This document shows, one piece after another, positions 26,504 through 39,352 of a DNA stretch of 64,000 nt (position 1 is the first letter of the stretch; each line of letters opens with the position of its first letter). The notes under the pieces are model-generated. The model was not told the origin of the DNA and did not search any database. It saw only the letters and a program-made list of their open reading frames with translations. The position numbers and the translations under genes are program-made. The stretch covers positions 126,106 to 190,105 of the forward strand of contig JAQGDQ010000451.1 in NCBI GenBank assembly GCA_030141605.1. Direction: 5' to 3'. This stretch comes from Tubiluchus corallicola. Taxonomy: Eukaryota; Animalia; Priapulida.

Positions 26504-27284
26504 GGCATGGCACACTTATTATTAGCGTAATACCTTTAATTCTATTTGTTTTCAAATTGTTGCTATTTCTAGTTTATTCTGCTTGTTTAACCCTTTGACT
26601 TTTATTCTCGTAAATTTCAAACAAGCGGCAAAAAATAATCTATGAACTAAATCAACTGGAGAGTTCGTTTGGAGAGGATTTTAGAGGCTAAGCTAACAGC
26701 TTGGGTATCATTTAAGACAGGGATTAGCACAAAACGTGTTTTCAAAGTTCACAATTTTGCAAAGTCTAAGAGGCAGGGGGAGCGTACATATATATATTTT
26801 ATTTATTTATCGCTTTGTTTCTGTCCTTTCTATATAAGAACAAACATTTTCATTATGTAATAAAAACAACATACAATTAGATGTAATAAAGTAATAAAAT
26901 AGCATGTGCACAACGTAATAAAATAATTAGTGCTCAAACCAAGCAATTGTAATGAAAGTGCAACAATTAAGATGGCAATTAACATAAAAATAAATAACAA
27001 TTAATAATTACGATGTACGACAAGTTAGTGGTTCAGCAGTTTAAAAAATTGTGATTTGTGAAATGTGTGAGAATTTACTGAAGCAAAGGTCACGACCGTC
27101 ACGCAAACGTAGCGGTAAATAAACATATAAATGAAGAAATAAGTAAATGAAATATATATATATACATATATTAATGAAGGAATAAATAAATAAATCAGAA
27201 AATAAGTTATGATAAGTAAATGAATGACTAAATGATAAAGAAATCGATGTTGATAAACAATGAAAACTTGCTTACTCTACTGCC

Positions 27285-27684
27285 CTCAGATATTTACTTC
27301 ACAGTGGAACAATGGTGCGGATCAAACTAACGTGTTTGAAAAACGGAAAATGGGAAGAAGTCAGGACACAGCCTGGGTTTGAACCATGTATCCCCCGTTT
27401 ACCTGGCGAACGTCATTATTGCTAGAATACTGTGCTCACAGTGATACTGACAAGTTCTAGTTAACCATCCAGAACACGTAATGTGGTCTGGCGATTGTGG
27501 CGTCCGACAGCAAAGTGGAAGTCCCTGGTTTACATCCAGACAGTATCCCCCAGAACCTCCTTTATTTAAATCCAGGCAGTATTCCCATTTTTTCACATTT
27601 CACCTCATTTGGTTTCAAAAATTTCAATTATTTTACGGCCAAGTTTGTTCCATCTTTAATAGTAATCTTAAAATTAGAATTATA
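27285..27684. mobile_element. Inverted twin tRNA-like element
   Basis: Minus-strand B box (GGGTTTGAACC at ~27375) and plus-strand B-box-like GGTTTACATCC (~27527) face outward. The right end TAATCTTAAAATTAGAATTATA resembles the end of the 40575-40948 copy. Confidence 0.55.
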
Positions 27685-28699
27685 GATAATTAATTAGACG
27701 GAGACTGTATGTCTGTTGGTTTGTCTGTCACGCGCAGCTGACTAATAGGAAACATGAATATAAGTTTACTTGTTAACTTACAGCGTTTTAATTAATTACA
27801 ACAACATGGCGGCGTCCAATAACTCGTATCAAATTTTGCTGAAAAGCGCCACCTGCGCAAAAATTGCAATCTTTCAAACGCGGTTGAGATCCTATGACAA
27901 CGCCATGTTTTCTGACACGTGTAATTAAAATCTTACGAAAACGCTATCTTCCTGACACATAATAACGAGTGACGTCACTGGGAGATCTATAACATTCTAC
28001 TGAGTGTGAAAATTGACAAAATTTCAAAATAGAAATACGGAGTATAAAATAAACTAAACCGAGGTGCCAAAAGCAATAACATGATAGCCTCGAGCGAGAG
28101 GCGTTCTCCGGGGAGTTTCTCCTTCAAAAGAGAAGCTGTAATTTTTTGCTCCCCAAAACAAATAAGCAAATCCGCGAGAATGCAGCAGGGAAAGTCTTCA
28201 AGACATTGCCAGGAAGAAGCTGAAAATGATTTGAGGTGACAAGAAACAAAATTATTTGAATTCGTTTAAGAGTTCACGCGAAGCGTCATTAATCAATTGG
28301 AAGTCAATATTCAAATGAAATAGAGAAGGTCAGCGAATAAAAGGGAAGGTCTGCGATTTGTTTTTAAATAAAGAAATGAGGAACTTTTTTACCTGGTTCA
28401 AAAATTCGGGTTTTTGAAAATGAAAAATACTTAGTAATTTTAGTCAATTGCATCAAAAGCCAACCAGACGTTATAACGTAATCCCAGAATGCATCAGTAG
28501 CCCAGGAAAAAATAATTATCTTCACGCTTACCTTATTTTCTCTAATGCTGCTGGTTTGTACACTGACAATTCTTTGTCTTTACAAGACGTAAATTAATTT
28601 TGTTGGTAAGTATTTAACTAACAACGAATACTGTATTTAAAATGGCTGCATCTAGTACATATTTTGAATGTTGAAAAATCACAAGCAGACGACGCTGTG

Positions 28700-28950
28700 G
28701 ATCGTTATGGCGAGACCGGAATCTTGAAGATAATCAAGGCTAGTTGACGAAGAAGGGACACTGAGTCAGAGAGATGTTTTAGCAATGTTTAGCTTGAATA
28801 CGTCCGCAACGATACCCAGGGACAGTATGACAGCTGAACCCATCCAGAACGTGTGTTGAACCCGACAGTCAGCCATCAAATCACTGAGTAGCTTAGGCGT
28901 TGCTTAAGTTTGGTCGTTATGCACACATTTTGATCACACAGCTATCCTTG
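28700..28950 (-). mobile_element. tRNA/5S nested-head SINE, most complete copy
   Basis: Reverse complement reads GGATAGCTGTGTGATC (A-box-like), AAAATGTGTGCATAACG, ACCAAACTTAAGCAACGCCTAAGCTACTCAGTGATTTGATGGCTGACTGTC (5S ICR-like), GGGTTCAACAC (B box), then a body ending CCTTGA...GATTCCGGTCTCGCCATAAC. Confidence 0.65.
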
Positions 28951-29039
28951 CTGCTCGGTGAGTTTTTAAGGAATACTCGGTAAATTCTTCATAAATTTAT
29001 AAACAACAAGCATAGCTTATGACAGTTTAGCAGCAAAGC

Positions 29040-29114
29040 TAGCAGCAACAGCAGCAGAAACAGTGGGGTAGCCTTAGCAGTAGCAACCACCACCAACGCC
29101 ACCATCACCACCCA

Positions 29115-29146
<32 letters not shown>

Positions 29147-29499
29147 ACAGCATCACCACCACCACCACCACCACCACCAACAACAACAACAGCAGAAGCA
29201 GTGGGGTAGCCTTAGCAGTAGCAACCACCACCAACTCCACCATCACCATCCGCAGCAACAACAACAGCAGCAACAACAACAACAACAACAACAACATCAC
29301 CGCCATCAGCACCACCACCACCAACAACAACAGCAACAATAACAGCATCGCCACCACCAGCACAACCAACAACAACAACAACAGCATCACTACCACCAGC
29401 ACCACCACCACTACCACCACCACCAACAACAACAGCAGCAGCAGCACATCACCACCCACCACCACCACCACCACCACCACCACCACCACCACCACCACC

Positions 29500-29549
<50 letters not shown>

Positions 29550-29566
29550 AAACAACGATAACGACG

Positions 29567-29649
<83 letters not shown>

Positions 29650-29665
29650 AGCAGCATCTACAGCA
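29040..29665. repeat. Compound trinucleotide microsatellite (CAA/CAC/CAG)
   Basis: Direct reading; includes a short internal duplication CAGTGGGGTAGCCTTAGCAGTAGCAACC. Confidence 0.9.
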
Positions 29666-30884
29666 AATAAGCCTTCAAGTGTCACGTGATCGTATGTCGT
29701 ATATGAAGCCAGAAAATGTCAACTGGAGACTGGCGCAGTTTGAAAATCTCAAAAAATTGTTTGAAAGCGAACCTATCCGTCATCGAGTCGCCTTATTAGA
29801 CGTTTATTTAAAATTCCCCTTGAAAATGTTTTCTAATCAGCATCAGTTTGTCAATTTAGCTGAGACCGTGGCGCTAAGTGAGGAAAAATATGAACGTTTC
29901 GCTCCATTCGACCATCTATCATCATCGTTTCCTCAACTTGAGAGTAAATCTGGGCACTTGTGGTCACCCCATTCATGTGAATGGAGAAGGGTAATGTAAT
30001 CAAGAGTGCTCGGCCATTGATCATCATTCATAAGCGTGCGTTTGACTGGTGATCGATATGTGTATTGATTGAGTAAGATCAACGCCAGCAGCTGCAACGG
30101 TGCGTCCTGATTTCAAAGAAGTCGTTTAGGTGAGTTTACCTAGATGGATTGTAATTGCACACTCCAACTACAGCTCCATTACTGTGTATTGTATCGCCAC
30201 GCGCATGCGCTATACTGTTGTTTACTTGTTTACACGAGAAAAGCTCAGATAACTGAAATGCATTAACACAATGATTTTGCGTTTCTGCAGAAATAAAGAA
30301 ATTATGAAAACCTAAAACCTAGCCTGGTTTTGAACTAGCAACCTTCTCGATACAAGTCGAGCACCTTGTCCCTTTTTTAATTGTGTCATAATTATGTAAA
30401 GTTTTCAATGACTGTCCGCTTCCACTGAACTTCAAATGAGTTCAAAAATAAATGTAACCCTAAGTGATAATGAAGCATAGAACATCAAAAACTAAGTCTC
30501 TGCCAATGCTATATTTTAAATCCTATATTTTATCATCCTACAACAGTTTCGCCATTACATGAATCCAGTTGCCAGAAAAGTTCATTATTTTGTGAATTTA
30601 TGGCTGACCTAACATGACTTTGTATTCCTATAACAACCGTTCAAGCCTTGATTGCAACAATTTGTGTTGCCTTTTTTCCTGACTTTTTCCCCGCTGCCAT
30701 AAATCTTGATATTTTCTTCGTCTTACAAACGTCGCTGTATTCAGCTAAAAAGAATTAATATGGCTTCAACATGGCTTCAGGTAACGCTCATTACAGCTTT
30801 TATTTGGCAGCTTCTGTGGCTTTGAAACGTTTGGGGACGTTTTATAGATTGAGCTTTTTTGCTTTTGTATAAACCCCAATTTGT

Positions 30885-31510
30885 TGCTGTAGGATATTGC
30901 TGTTGCTGCTGCTATTGTTGTTGTTGTTGTTGTTGTAGCTGTTGCTGCTGTTGTTGTTGTTCTAGCTGTTGTTGTTGTTGTTGTTGTTGTTATAGCTGTT
31001 GCTGTTGCTGTTGTAGCTGTTGCTGTTGTAGCTGTTGATGATGCTGTTGCTGTTGTAGCTGTTGCTGCTGCTGTTGTTATTGTAGCTGTTGCTCTTGTAG
31101 CTGTTACTGCTGCTGTTTTTGTTGTAGCTGTTGTTGTTGCTATTGTTGTTGTAGCTGTTGCTGTTGTTGTTGTTGTTGTAGCTGTTGCTGTTGTAGTTGT
31201 TGCTGTTGTAGCTGTTGTTGCTGCTGTTGTTGTTGTAGCTGTTGCTGGTGTAGTTGTAGCTGTTGCCGTTGCTGTTGTTGCTGCTACTACTGTTGTTGCT
31301 GCTGCTGCTGTTGTTGTTGTTGTTGTAGCTGTTTCTGTTGCTGCTGCTGTTGTTGTTGCAGCTATTGTTGTTGTTGTTGTTGTTGTTGTAGCTGTTGCTG
31401 TTGTTGTTGTTGTTTTCGTTGTCGCTGTTGTCATCATCATCATCGTCATCGCGTCGTCGTCATTGCCGTTGCTGTTGTTGTTGCTGCTGCTGTTGCGCTG
31501 CTGCTTCTTT
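30885..31510. repeat. (GTT/GCT/GTA)n low-complexity repeat
   Basis: Direct reading; source of the Thr/Ala ORF 30766..31449. Confidence 0.9.
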
Positions 31511-31944
31511 TTCTATTACTTCAGTTGCCATTCTTCTTTCTGTTTCTAAGTTTTTTGTTTTTCTTCTTTTGCTAACTTAGCTTTTCCTCCTCATCTTTTC
31601 ATTCGGTTTCTTGTCCCTTTCTATTTTCCGTTCCTTCATCTTCTGCTGTTGCGTCTGCAACTTTTTACTTTCCTCGTCTTATATCATATCGTGACATGAC
31701 GTCTTCCATTATTATTTCAACATGATTAATGTTATGATTACTGCAATATTAAAGGCGAATGTCATACTGTCTACAAACTTGTGATGAAATATAATATGAG
31801 ACTTGTAGTGCAATAAATTAGACTCCCTTGTGTTGTCACACTTAACACAACCAACAGCTATCATTATGAACCGAGACTCTATAATATAAAGCGGTGGCAA
31901 CAATTCATCATCATTTCTTGTGTGTTATTCGTGCAAAAGAGTTT

Positions 31945-32455
31945 TGTTCACGTGATCATTATAATCATCTCAATGTCGTCATCATCGCAATGTCGTCATC
32001 GCAATGTTCACGTGATCATTATAATCATCGCAATGTCGTCATCGCAATGTTCACGTGATCATTATAATCATCGCAATGTCGTCATCATCGCAATGTCGTC
32101 ATTGCAGTGTTCAGTGATCATTATAATCATCGCAATGTTCACGTGATCATTATAATCATCGCAATGTTCACGTGATCATTATAATCATCGCAATGTCGTC
32201 ATCGCAGTGTTCAGTGATCATTATAATCATCGCAATGTCGTCATCGCAGTGTTCAGTGATCATTATAATCATCGCAATGTTCACGTGATCATTATAATCA
32301 TCGCAATGTTCACGTGATCATTATAATCATCGCAATGTCGTCATCGCAGTGTTCAGTGATCATTATAATCATCGCAATGTCGTCATCGCAGTGTTCAGTG
32401 ATCATTATAATCATCGCAATGTTCACGTGATCATTATAATCATCGCAATGGCGTC
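31945..32455. repeat. Modular minisatellite (29-bp and ~14-bp subunits)
   Basis: GTTCA(C)GTGATCATTATAATCATCGCAAT interleaved with GTCGTCATCGCAGT. Confidence 0.9.
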
Positions 32456-33661
32456 ATTTTTGGATAGTCAAAAATAGTTCGCATATGGTAAGCATGTTTG
32501 AAAATCTTACAAAACTTTCTGCTGCGTTTGAAAAGAGAAATTTCTTAACCCTTTCAGTCCGTTTTGTAGGACACTTTTTTACCTCAACAGATAATCATAC
32601 AGTTGAGATACAAATAGACAGACGAGCAGACAGACACACAGGCAGATATACACTGATATTTGAAAGAATTATATTAAGATAACATTCTAATTTTCTTTTT
32701 AATAATTATTCGTAGTTTTACAATAAGTATAATAGTAAAACTGGGGAATAAGATGAAAAAACTCCCATTTAATTCAAGCTGTTAAATTGAAAAAATATGT
32801 TACTTTTTAAAAATGTTAGTCTATAGACTATAGGTAGTTGTTAAACGTTAGTTTATTTCATACATGAAAAGTACGTAGCATATAAAACACCATGTAAAAA
32901 TTAAAAATTAATTACGATTTAAAATAATATACAATAAAACGAATGCTGATACTGAAATAAATGAAAAATGGTTATAGAGACATATACAATAGCATATAAT
33001 TGCACAATGGGTGTTGTGGGTTGTGTTTGTTTTTTATTATTATTTCTGTCTTTTCTTAACTCTGTTATTATTATCTCTGTCTTAAATTTCTAAAATTAAC
33101 ATCACATTGGCTTATATAAAACTATTACATAATTGTTAAAATCTTATTATTAGCTACATTTAGTAATAAAATCACAGATTAAACTATCAGGAAATGTAAG
33201 TCTGCTGAAAAATTAGTGAAAATTTGTTCAGCTGGTGTAGTCATGAGTGTGTCGATTTCACGTTAATAAGCTCAGAAAGTAATACTGGAACAGTTTCATG
33301 TTCTATTTCTAGATTCAGATTTGGCCTAGAACTGTTGATTGATTCGTGTTACCCTCCAGCAGTGACATCCGCCGGGATTCCGGCGCACCGCTTAATTAAC
33401 TCATTCCCTCCGCTAGTCACGCTCACTGAAATTAGCCTGCGGCATCATTCGGTGCAAAATGTGTTTTCTATTGTGTAATCGTGAGATTTGCGTAATCACT
33501 TCTTGGCCAGAGGCTTCCAATACGAGCAATTGGTAAGGATGTTTGTGTCTTAGCAACAGCCGCATCTTGCAGTTGTCAAGAATCCCGTTGCTAAGTGCAA
33601 TGGAAATTGTCAAATATTATGTCTTATTCCTAACACTCATTTTAACGAGATGTTAAGTTAA

Positions 33662-34155
33662 AAAGGGAAGACAGGGGAATTTTAAACTACATTTTTCATA
33701 CTTACTTTTCGTACAAAGTTGCACTACGTAGCACTACGCTTACATGTTGGAAAGAATTATGCAATTGGAAAAGGAATTTTTTGCAATTTAAAAGTTCGTG
33801 CCAAATGGTAAAATGGCACTGGATCACCATCCCAGTGTGCACCACTGGTTCACCAAAAAACACATTACTAATGTTATTGACAATATAAAGTAGTTTAAAC
33901 TTTTGTTTATTTAACGAAGGTTGTCCTACGAATGCTCTGATTATTTTTCAAACTTTACGCAATGTTATCTAAACTTATTTCAAATGATTTACAGTTAAAA
34001 TGGCTGCGCCTAAGTGTCATGGCGGGAGTTTAAATTTACAATTTTTATAAACGTTACTGCTAACGCAAGCTCTCTATGCAATAAACTGTATGTAAGTGAT
34101 ACAAAATTTCGAGACGAATTTTTAAGCCTTATTTATGAAGAGTGTTTTTGTTCTT
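33662..34155 (+). mobile_element. Chimeric Kolobok-like element (family B-like 5' end, family A-like 3' half)
   Basis: Starts GGGAAGACAG...ATTTTTCATA like family B, then continues with family A sequence (GTGCACCACT...CGGGAGTTTAAATTT...GACGAATTTTTAAG). Confidence 0.55.
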
Positions 34156-34450
34156 CGAGTTTAAACTTGCAAAGTCGTATTGAAACAGGTTCCTCAACCA
34201 TTAGAATTTTCCACAATGTTAAGCATTCTGCAAATGGGGATCCAGTACTTAGTCCCAGTGCTTATTAAATGTAAATGATTATAGCAGGACCGGAACTTTT
34301 TTGTCCTTCGAGTTTAAACTTGCAAAGTTGTATTGAAACAGGTTCCTCAATCATTAGAATTTTCCACAATGTTAAGCATTCTGCAAATGGGGATCCAGTA
34401 CTTAGTCCCAGTGCTTATTTAATGTAAATGATTATAGCAGGACCGGAACT
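34145..34450. repeat. 153-bp tandem duplication (2 copies)
   Basis: TTCGAGTTTAAACTTGCAAAG...GCAGGACCGGAACT repeated with an offset of 153. Confidence 0.9.
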
Positions 34451-34506
34451 AGGCTAGACGTGAAATATAATCCTCTAAGACGAGACATTGAGCTAGGCAC
34501 TTAGTC

Positions 34507-34557
<51 letters not shown>

Positions 34558-35394
34558 TGCGTGCGCGTGCGTGCGTGCGTGTGTGTGTATATACGTCCCT
34601 CCCCACTGTCCTTTAATCCGCCCCGCAATATTTTTATTAAGTTGAACTAATAGTGTTTCATTTTACGCTACAAGCAGGCAACATGGACTCACGCTGACTT
34701 AAAATCTTTACAAAACATTTACCAAATTCCCTGCGTTTGTTTAAGCTTCCTGGGGCTCTCAAATCACTTTGCTTCGCTGCTTTCCTAAAACTTCTTTGCG
34801 AAATTTGCAGGATATTTCCCGAAAAACTCAAACATTTGCGCTAGTGCCCAGCAGGCGCCTGTTTCATCCCTTAATGAAATAAGGTTAATCTCTTTGGTAA
34901 ATATAACCGAGACGATTTGGAAAATTTCTGCTGATGACGTCACACAAATCTCATCTTCGCCTGTCGTTAGCGACGTACGAGTTTTTAAAAGGAATTGATG
35001 GAAACCGTTCTACTGGGAACTGGTCAAACAATTTTTGCATTTGATGGGTGGCGGAAACCAATTGTTAGTTGAAATCCGTTGCCACGAGGAGGAGAAATTA
35101 GATTTATGACTTCACTGTGAGCTGTTTGCGAGCTGAACCCCCAAGAGGGTCGTCGAAATAAATACCCATAAATCGCTTTATGCAACTGATATCCTCGCTA
35201 TTGTAAAAATAATCATGACGCAAATTGAATTTATCGATTACTATAAGAAGACAAACTTTAAAACCTATAGAAAATCTTACAGATTTGAAATGTCAACGAA
35301 ATACGGCATTTTTAGAATTTTTTGCCAGTGATGTTAATTAAAGTCTATTTTGTTAACGAGATCATTTTATGCAGATTTTCTGTAGTTAGCGATC

Positions 35395-35915
35395 AAAGGG
35401 GCAGTTTAAAATACATCCCAAAGAACTTTCCACGTAAAATTATATTATTGAGGATTGGTATTAAAGACTTCTGTAATTAGAAAAGAAAATTGTTAATAAT
35501 TTAAAATATTCGTGCCGTCTGTAAACTGGCACAGCATCGCCATCCCAGTGTGCACCACTGATTCACCAAAAACACATTTTTGATTTTATTGGCAATATAA
35601 AGTAATTTACACTTTTGCTTAGTTAGCGACGAATCGTCTGACTATTTTTTCAAACTTGTGCTCTCGAACGTGTGCACTACGTCACAACTGCACATGTCTG
35701 AAGAGGTAGAGCACCCGTTTTTGTGCAACGCGTTTCCGAGATACATGTGTTTGTGCTAGCGAATGGGTAAATGGCCATGTAACAGTGAAGAACTAGCCGC
35801 GCGAACGCGAAATTACGTTTCTCAGGTAATAATTCTTTCAGGCAAGTCAGTCTTTAAAAAATAGTATGTTCCCTTTATATATTTTATAGGGTTTGTTTTG
35901 AGCAACGTTTAAGTT
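35395..35915 (+). mobile_element. Chimeric Kolobok-like element (family A middle, family B 3' half)
   Basis: Family A segment (CCCAGTGTGCACCACT...TTTTTTCAAACTT) joined to a family B segment (TCGAACGTGTG...GAAGAACTAG...AAAATAGTATGTT). Confidence 0.55.
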
Positions 35916-35921
35916 TGAGAA

Positions 35922-36281
35922 ATGTTATGTTGTGTTGTGTTATGTTATGTTATGTTATGTTATGTTATGTTATGTTATGTTATGTTATGTTATGTTATGT
36001 TATGTTATGTTATGTTATGTTATGTTATGTTATGTTATGTTATGTTATGTTATGTTATGTTATGTTATGTTATGTTATAGTTGTTGCAAATTTCATGACA
36101 TTATTTGGTTCTTCGTTGTGGAAAAATATTGTAGAATACACCCTGTTGCATTATTCTGTTAATGAGAAAGTCTACAATATTTTTTCACAACGAAGAACCA
36201 AATAAGGTCATGAAATTTGCAACAACTATAACATAACACAACATAACGTAACATAACGTGACATGACATGACATTCTTTAA
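35922..36281. repeat. Foldback palindrome with (TTATG)n in its arms
   Basis: Unique arm 36078-36135 is the reverse complement of 36171-36228 (2 mismatches) around a 35-nt loop. (TTATG)n on the left is mirrored by a shorter (CATAA)n on the right. Confidence 0.9.
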
Positions 36282-37251
36282 GAAAATCAAGGCTGTTGCT
36301 ATTCTGAAATTCTGGGCAAGTATTCCTACTAAGCTTATACTTACGCTTTGTGTATTGTTGTGCATTTGTGAGCAAATGTTGTGCAGTCTATCGTACTATA
36401 AGTATGCATTGCAATTTCACAATTAGCGATGACTACAGAAAAATGATTTGCTGCCTTAAGAGATTTCATTTCAGGAAACCCGCCACTATCTATGATCACA
36501 CGTTCGGTATTTTATTCCTGTTTTTTTTTAGAAAATAAGTATTTTGCATGAATTAGAAAAAAAACGTAATGTTTCCAAAATTGGCTTTTCATAGAAGAAA
36601 TTTTTCTTTCCGTTAACAAATTAATGACTCACGTAACCACTAAATTAGTCATAAACTTTTTTCGCTATTAACAAAATTGCAGCTGTAGTTTTTCGTTTGC
36701 CTGTAACATAATTTAACATTTCCTTTCGTCGCCTGATTTATGTTTGCATGGTGACGTCATGTAAGTGCCGTCGGAACAGTATTTTATTGCAATATCGTTG
36801 CTAATTTAAGATTTCATGACGTCACTATGTTTGCATAGTGATGTCATGTAAGTGCCGTCGTACGATATTTTATTGCAATATCGTTGCTAATTTAAGATTT
36901 CCCACATTGCTTTTATTCGGTGAAAACGAAACCACTTCTCTCCTGTGTTTAATCTGTTTTAAGCACGTTTCAAAAAGACACTATAGAAAGGGATTTGGTA
37001 CGTTAACGCCTTTTAATGGTAGAAGCTCAATGGACTTTGCTGACCGAATCCCAAAAGCTTCCAATTCATCAGTGGTCATCCTTGCATGGCGGGCGCCATT
37101 TAAGCTGCTTAAAATTCTATTAAGAGGAGATTCACAACAGGAAAAGAGAAAAATGTATGAAAAGGCACTTTGCGAATAATTTTTGTCGAACATGTCATTT
37201 GACAAACTTAATCTTGCTTACTAGCTGAAGTCGGTGGAAGGAGGTGCTTAA

Positions 37252-37920
37252 AGGACAAGAAAAGGGGTACCTAAAGGAGGTTTCAGAAAAATCGCTTTAA
37301 AAATTATATTAATTTGCAGCAATTTTATGCGTATATCGTACTCGCGTTGAAAGGATTTTTTGTTTGTTTTTATTTTTAATTTCCCTCAATACTGTTCCGA
37401 CGGCACTTACATGACGTCACTACGCAAACATAAATCAGGGGAAGAAAAGGAAATGTTAAACTGTGTCCCAAAAAAACTTTCCATGCAAAGCTATATTACT
37501 TAGCATTTCGTCTACCTGCTGAAAAGACTTATGTAATTAGAAAAAAAATTAATTATTTAAAATGCGTTCACGAATTGGTAAAATGTCACTGACTCACCCT
37601 CCAGGGTGCACCACTCACTAACCAAAAACGTATTTTTAGACTTATTGACAAGATACAGTAATTTAAAATTTGACTTAGTTAGCGACATGCGTGCTGCTAA
37701 ATCTTTGATTATTTTTTCAAACTTTACACAATGTTATCTAAACCTGTTTCAAATGACTTATCGTCCAAACGGCTGCGTTTAACCGGTAGGGTCATCGCGG
37801 GAATTTAAATTTACATGTTTTAGACAGCGTTACTGCCGACGCAAGCATGCGAAAAGGCAGTATGTAAAATTTCAAGACGAATTTTTTAAGCTTTGCGTAA
37901 GTGGAGGGTTTACTTGTGCT
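37252..37920 (+). mobile_element. Kolobok-like element, family A
   Basis: TTAA|AGGACAAGAAAA ... TTTACTTGTGCT|TTAA. Confidence 0.85.
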
Positions 37921-37924
37921 TTAA

Positions 37925-38417
37925 AGGACATAATTTACTGTCTTTTATACCTTTTATTACCTATATTAATTATTACATTCGTCTGACACTTTTAGCTACG
38001 TCAATTTGCAAACTTGAATAACTTGACGAGCGCTGGGTGGTGATGACGTCACTGCTGGGTAAAATCAACAACAGCAAGAACTTTCTATAAGCGTTTCACA
38101 AACGTTTGCAAAACCGAAATTTAAAGTCTGATGCTCTCCGGGATATTAATGAAACAAAAGACTCGTGAAATATTTAAGTTCACATCTTCTTCGCTTCTTG
38201 TTGTGTGGTACGTCGGCTGTTTTCCTATGCGCACAGTTCCAATAACCAGGCACTGTTGCCCGTCTAAGTGCATAAGGCTAGTATCATCATTGAAAAACTA
38301 GCGAAGTTAAACACTCTTTAATTGTTCAATGTATTTCATTTCTAAAAAAATTAATATCTTCCTTTTCGCGCCTCAGATTATTTTGCACTATGGCATAAAA
38401 TTCGATGGTGTTCTCCT
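37925..38417 (+). mobile_element. Second Kolobok-like element abutting family A via a shared TTAA
   Basis: TTAA(37921-37924)|AGGACA ... TTCTCCT|TTAA(38418-38421). Internal motifs (GATGACGTCA, GCCCGTCTAA, AAAACTAG) resemble family B. Confidence 0.5.
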
Positions 38418-39352
38418 TTAATTCCTTACAAACACTGTGTTGAAAACAGCAAGTTTAAGACGTAAACGAATTGAAGATTTCGCAGTAGATTTGCTATTTT
38501 TCTATTGCAGCAGTATGCAGTGGAGGTGACTTTTTACAGCTTCTCCAGCTTTTGGAACAGGTGCTGACATCGGCACGCACAGTTTGTTGTCCGGGAGAGA
38601 ATTTACGCGTCTTTCTTTGAAAAATTTTCAATGACCGGTGCAGAATTTTCGGGAAACCCTATATGAGCATGGCTTCTTTCTTCTCGTGTATGTTTTTCCA
38701 TGTTTCAGTCTACACTTTCATACGAGTGCTTGAGTTTTAGTACTTGTTTACCGACTAGAGCCGAGGATGCTTCAGTGCTGAGTGATTTAACTGACAAGAT
38801 ACCAATCAGCATGTTTCTGGTGTACATCAATCATTCGTAGAGGGCGCGCTTCACGCTTTAATGGGGGGGGGGGGTGAGGTAGAGACGACCAAGTGGACAA
38901 CGTTCTGTAATGAACTCGGCAATAAAACACAACTAACTACAACTTTGTCAAATGTTCTGATATTATCATCTCATTTTGTGAAGTTCAGTCCATATCGAAC
39001 ATTTTACTGTTCTTCAATATCCCCCCCCCCAAGCAAATTTCGTTTAAGTATCAAAAGATTTGGAAAAGTAATTTTCATTGTTTAAAATATATACATAAAA
39101 ACATAAAAATGTAAATGAAACATAGGTGATAGTTATGCGGAATGACTTCTTACTTAATTGTCCCTTAATTAAGGCAGCCCCCCCCCCGCTCTCTCTCGAA
39201 CAGTTTAGAACAGGCTTCCGTGTACTGCGCAGTGTGCATACATAATACTCTAATGAACCTGGTTGCCATCCAAGTGAGTTACATTTACTGTTTGTTGTTA
39301 AATAAATAGATCAGTTAACCAGTTGTGAGATAAATAGATCGAATGCTGTAAA

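Noticed and set aside
28686-28746. Possible exon 2 of the MOLO-1-like gene (ADDAVDRY...)
   Set aside because: Poor acceptor, an in-frame stop after ~20 codons, and the sequence is the antisense body of a SINE.
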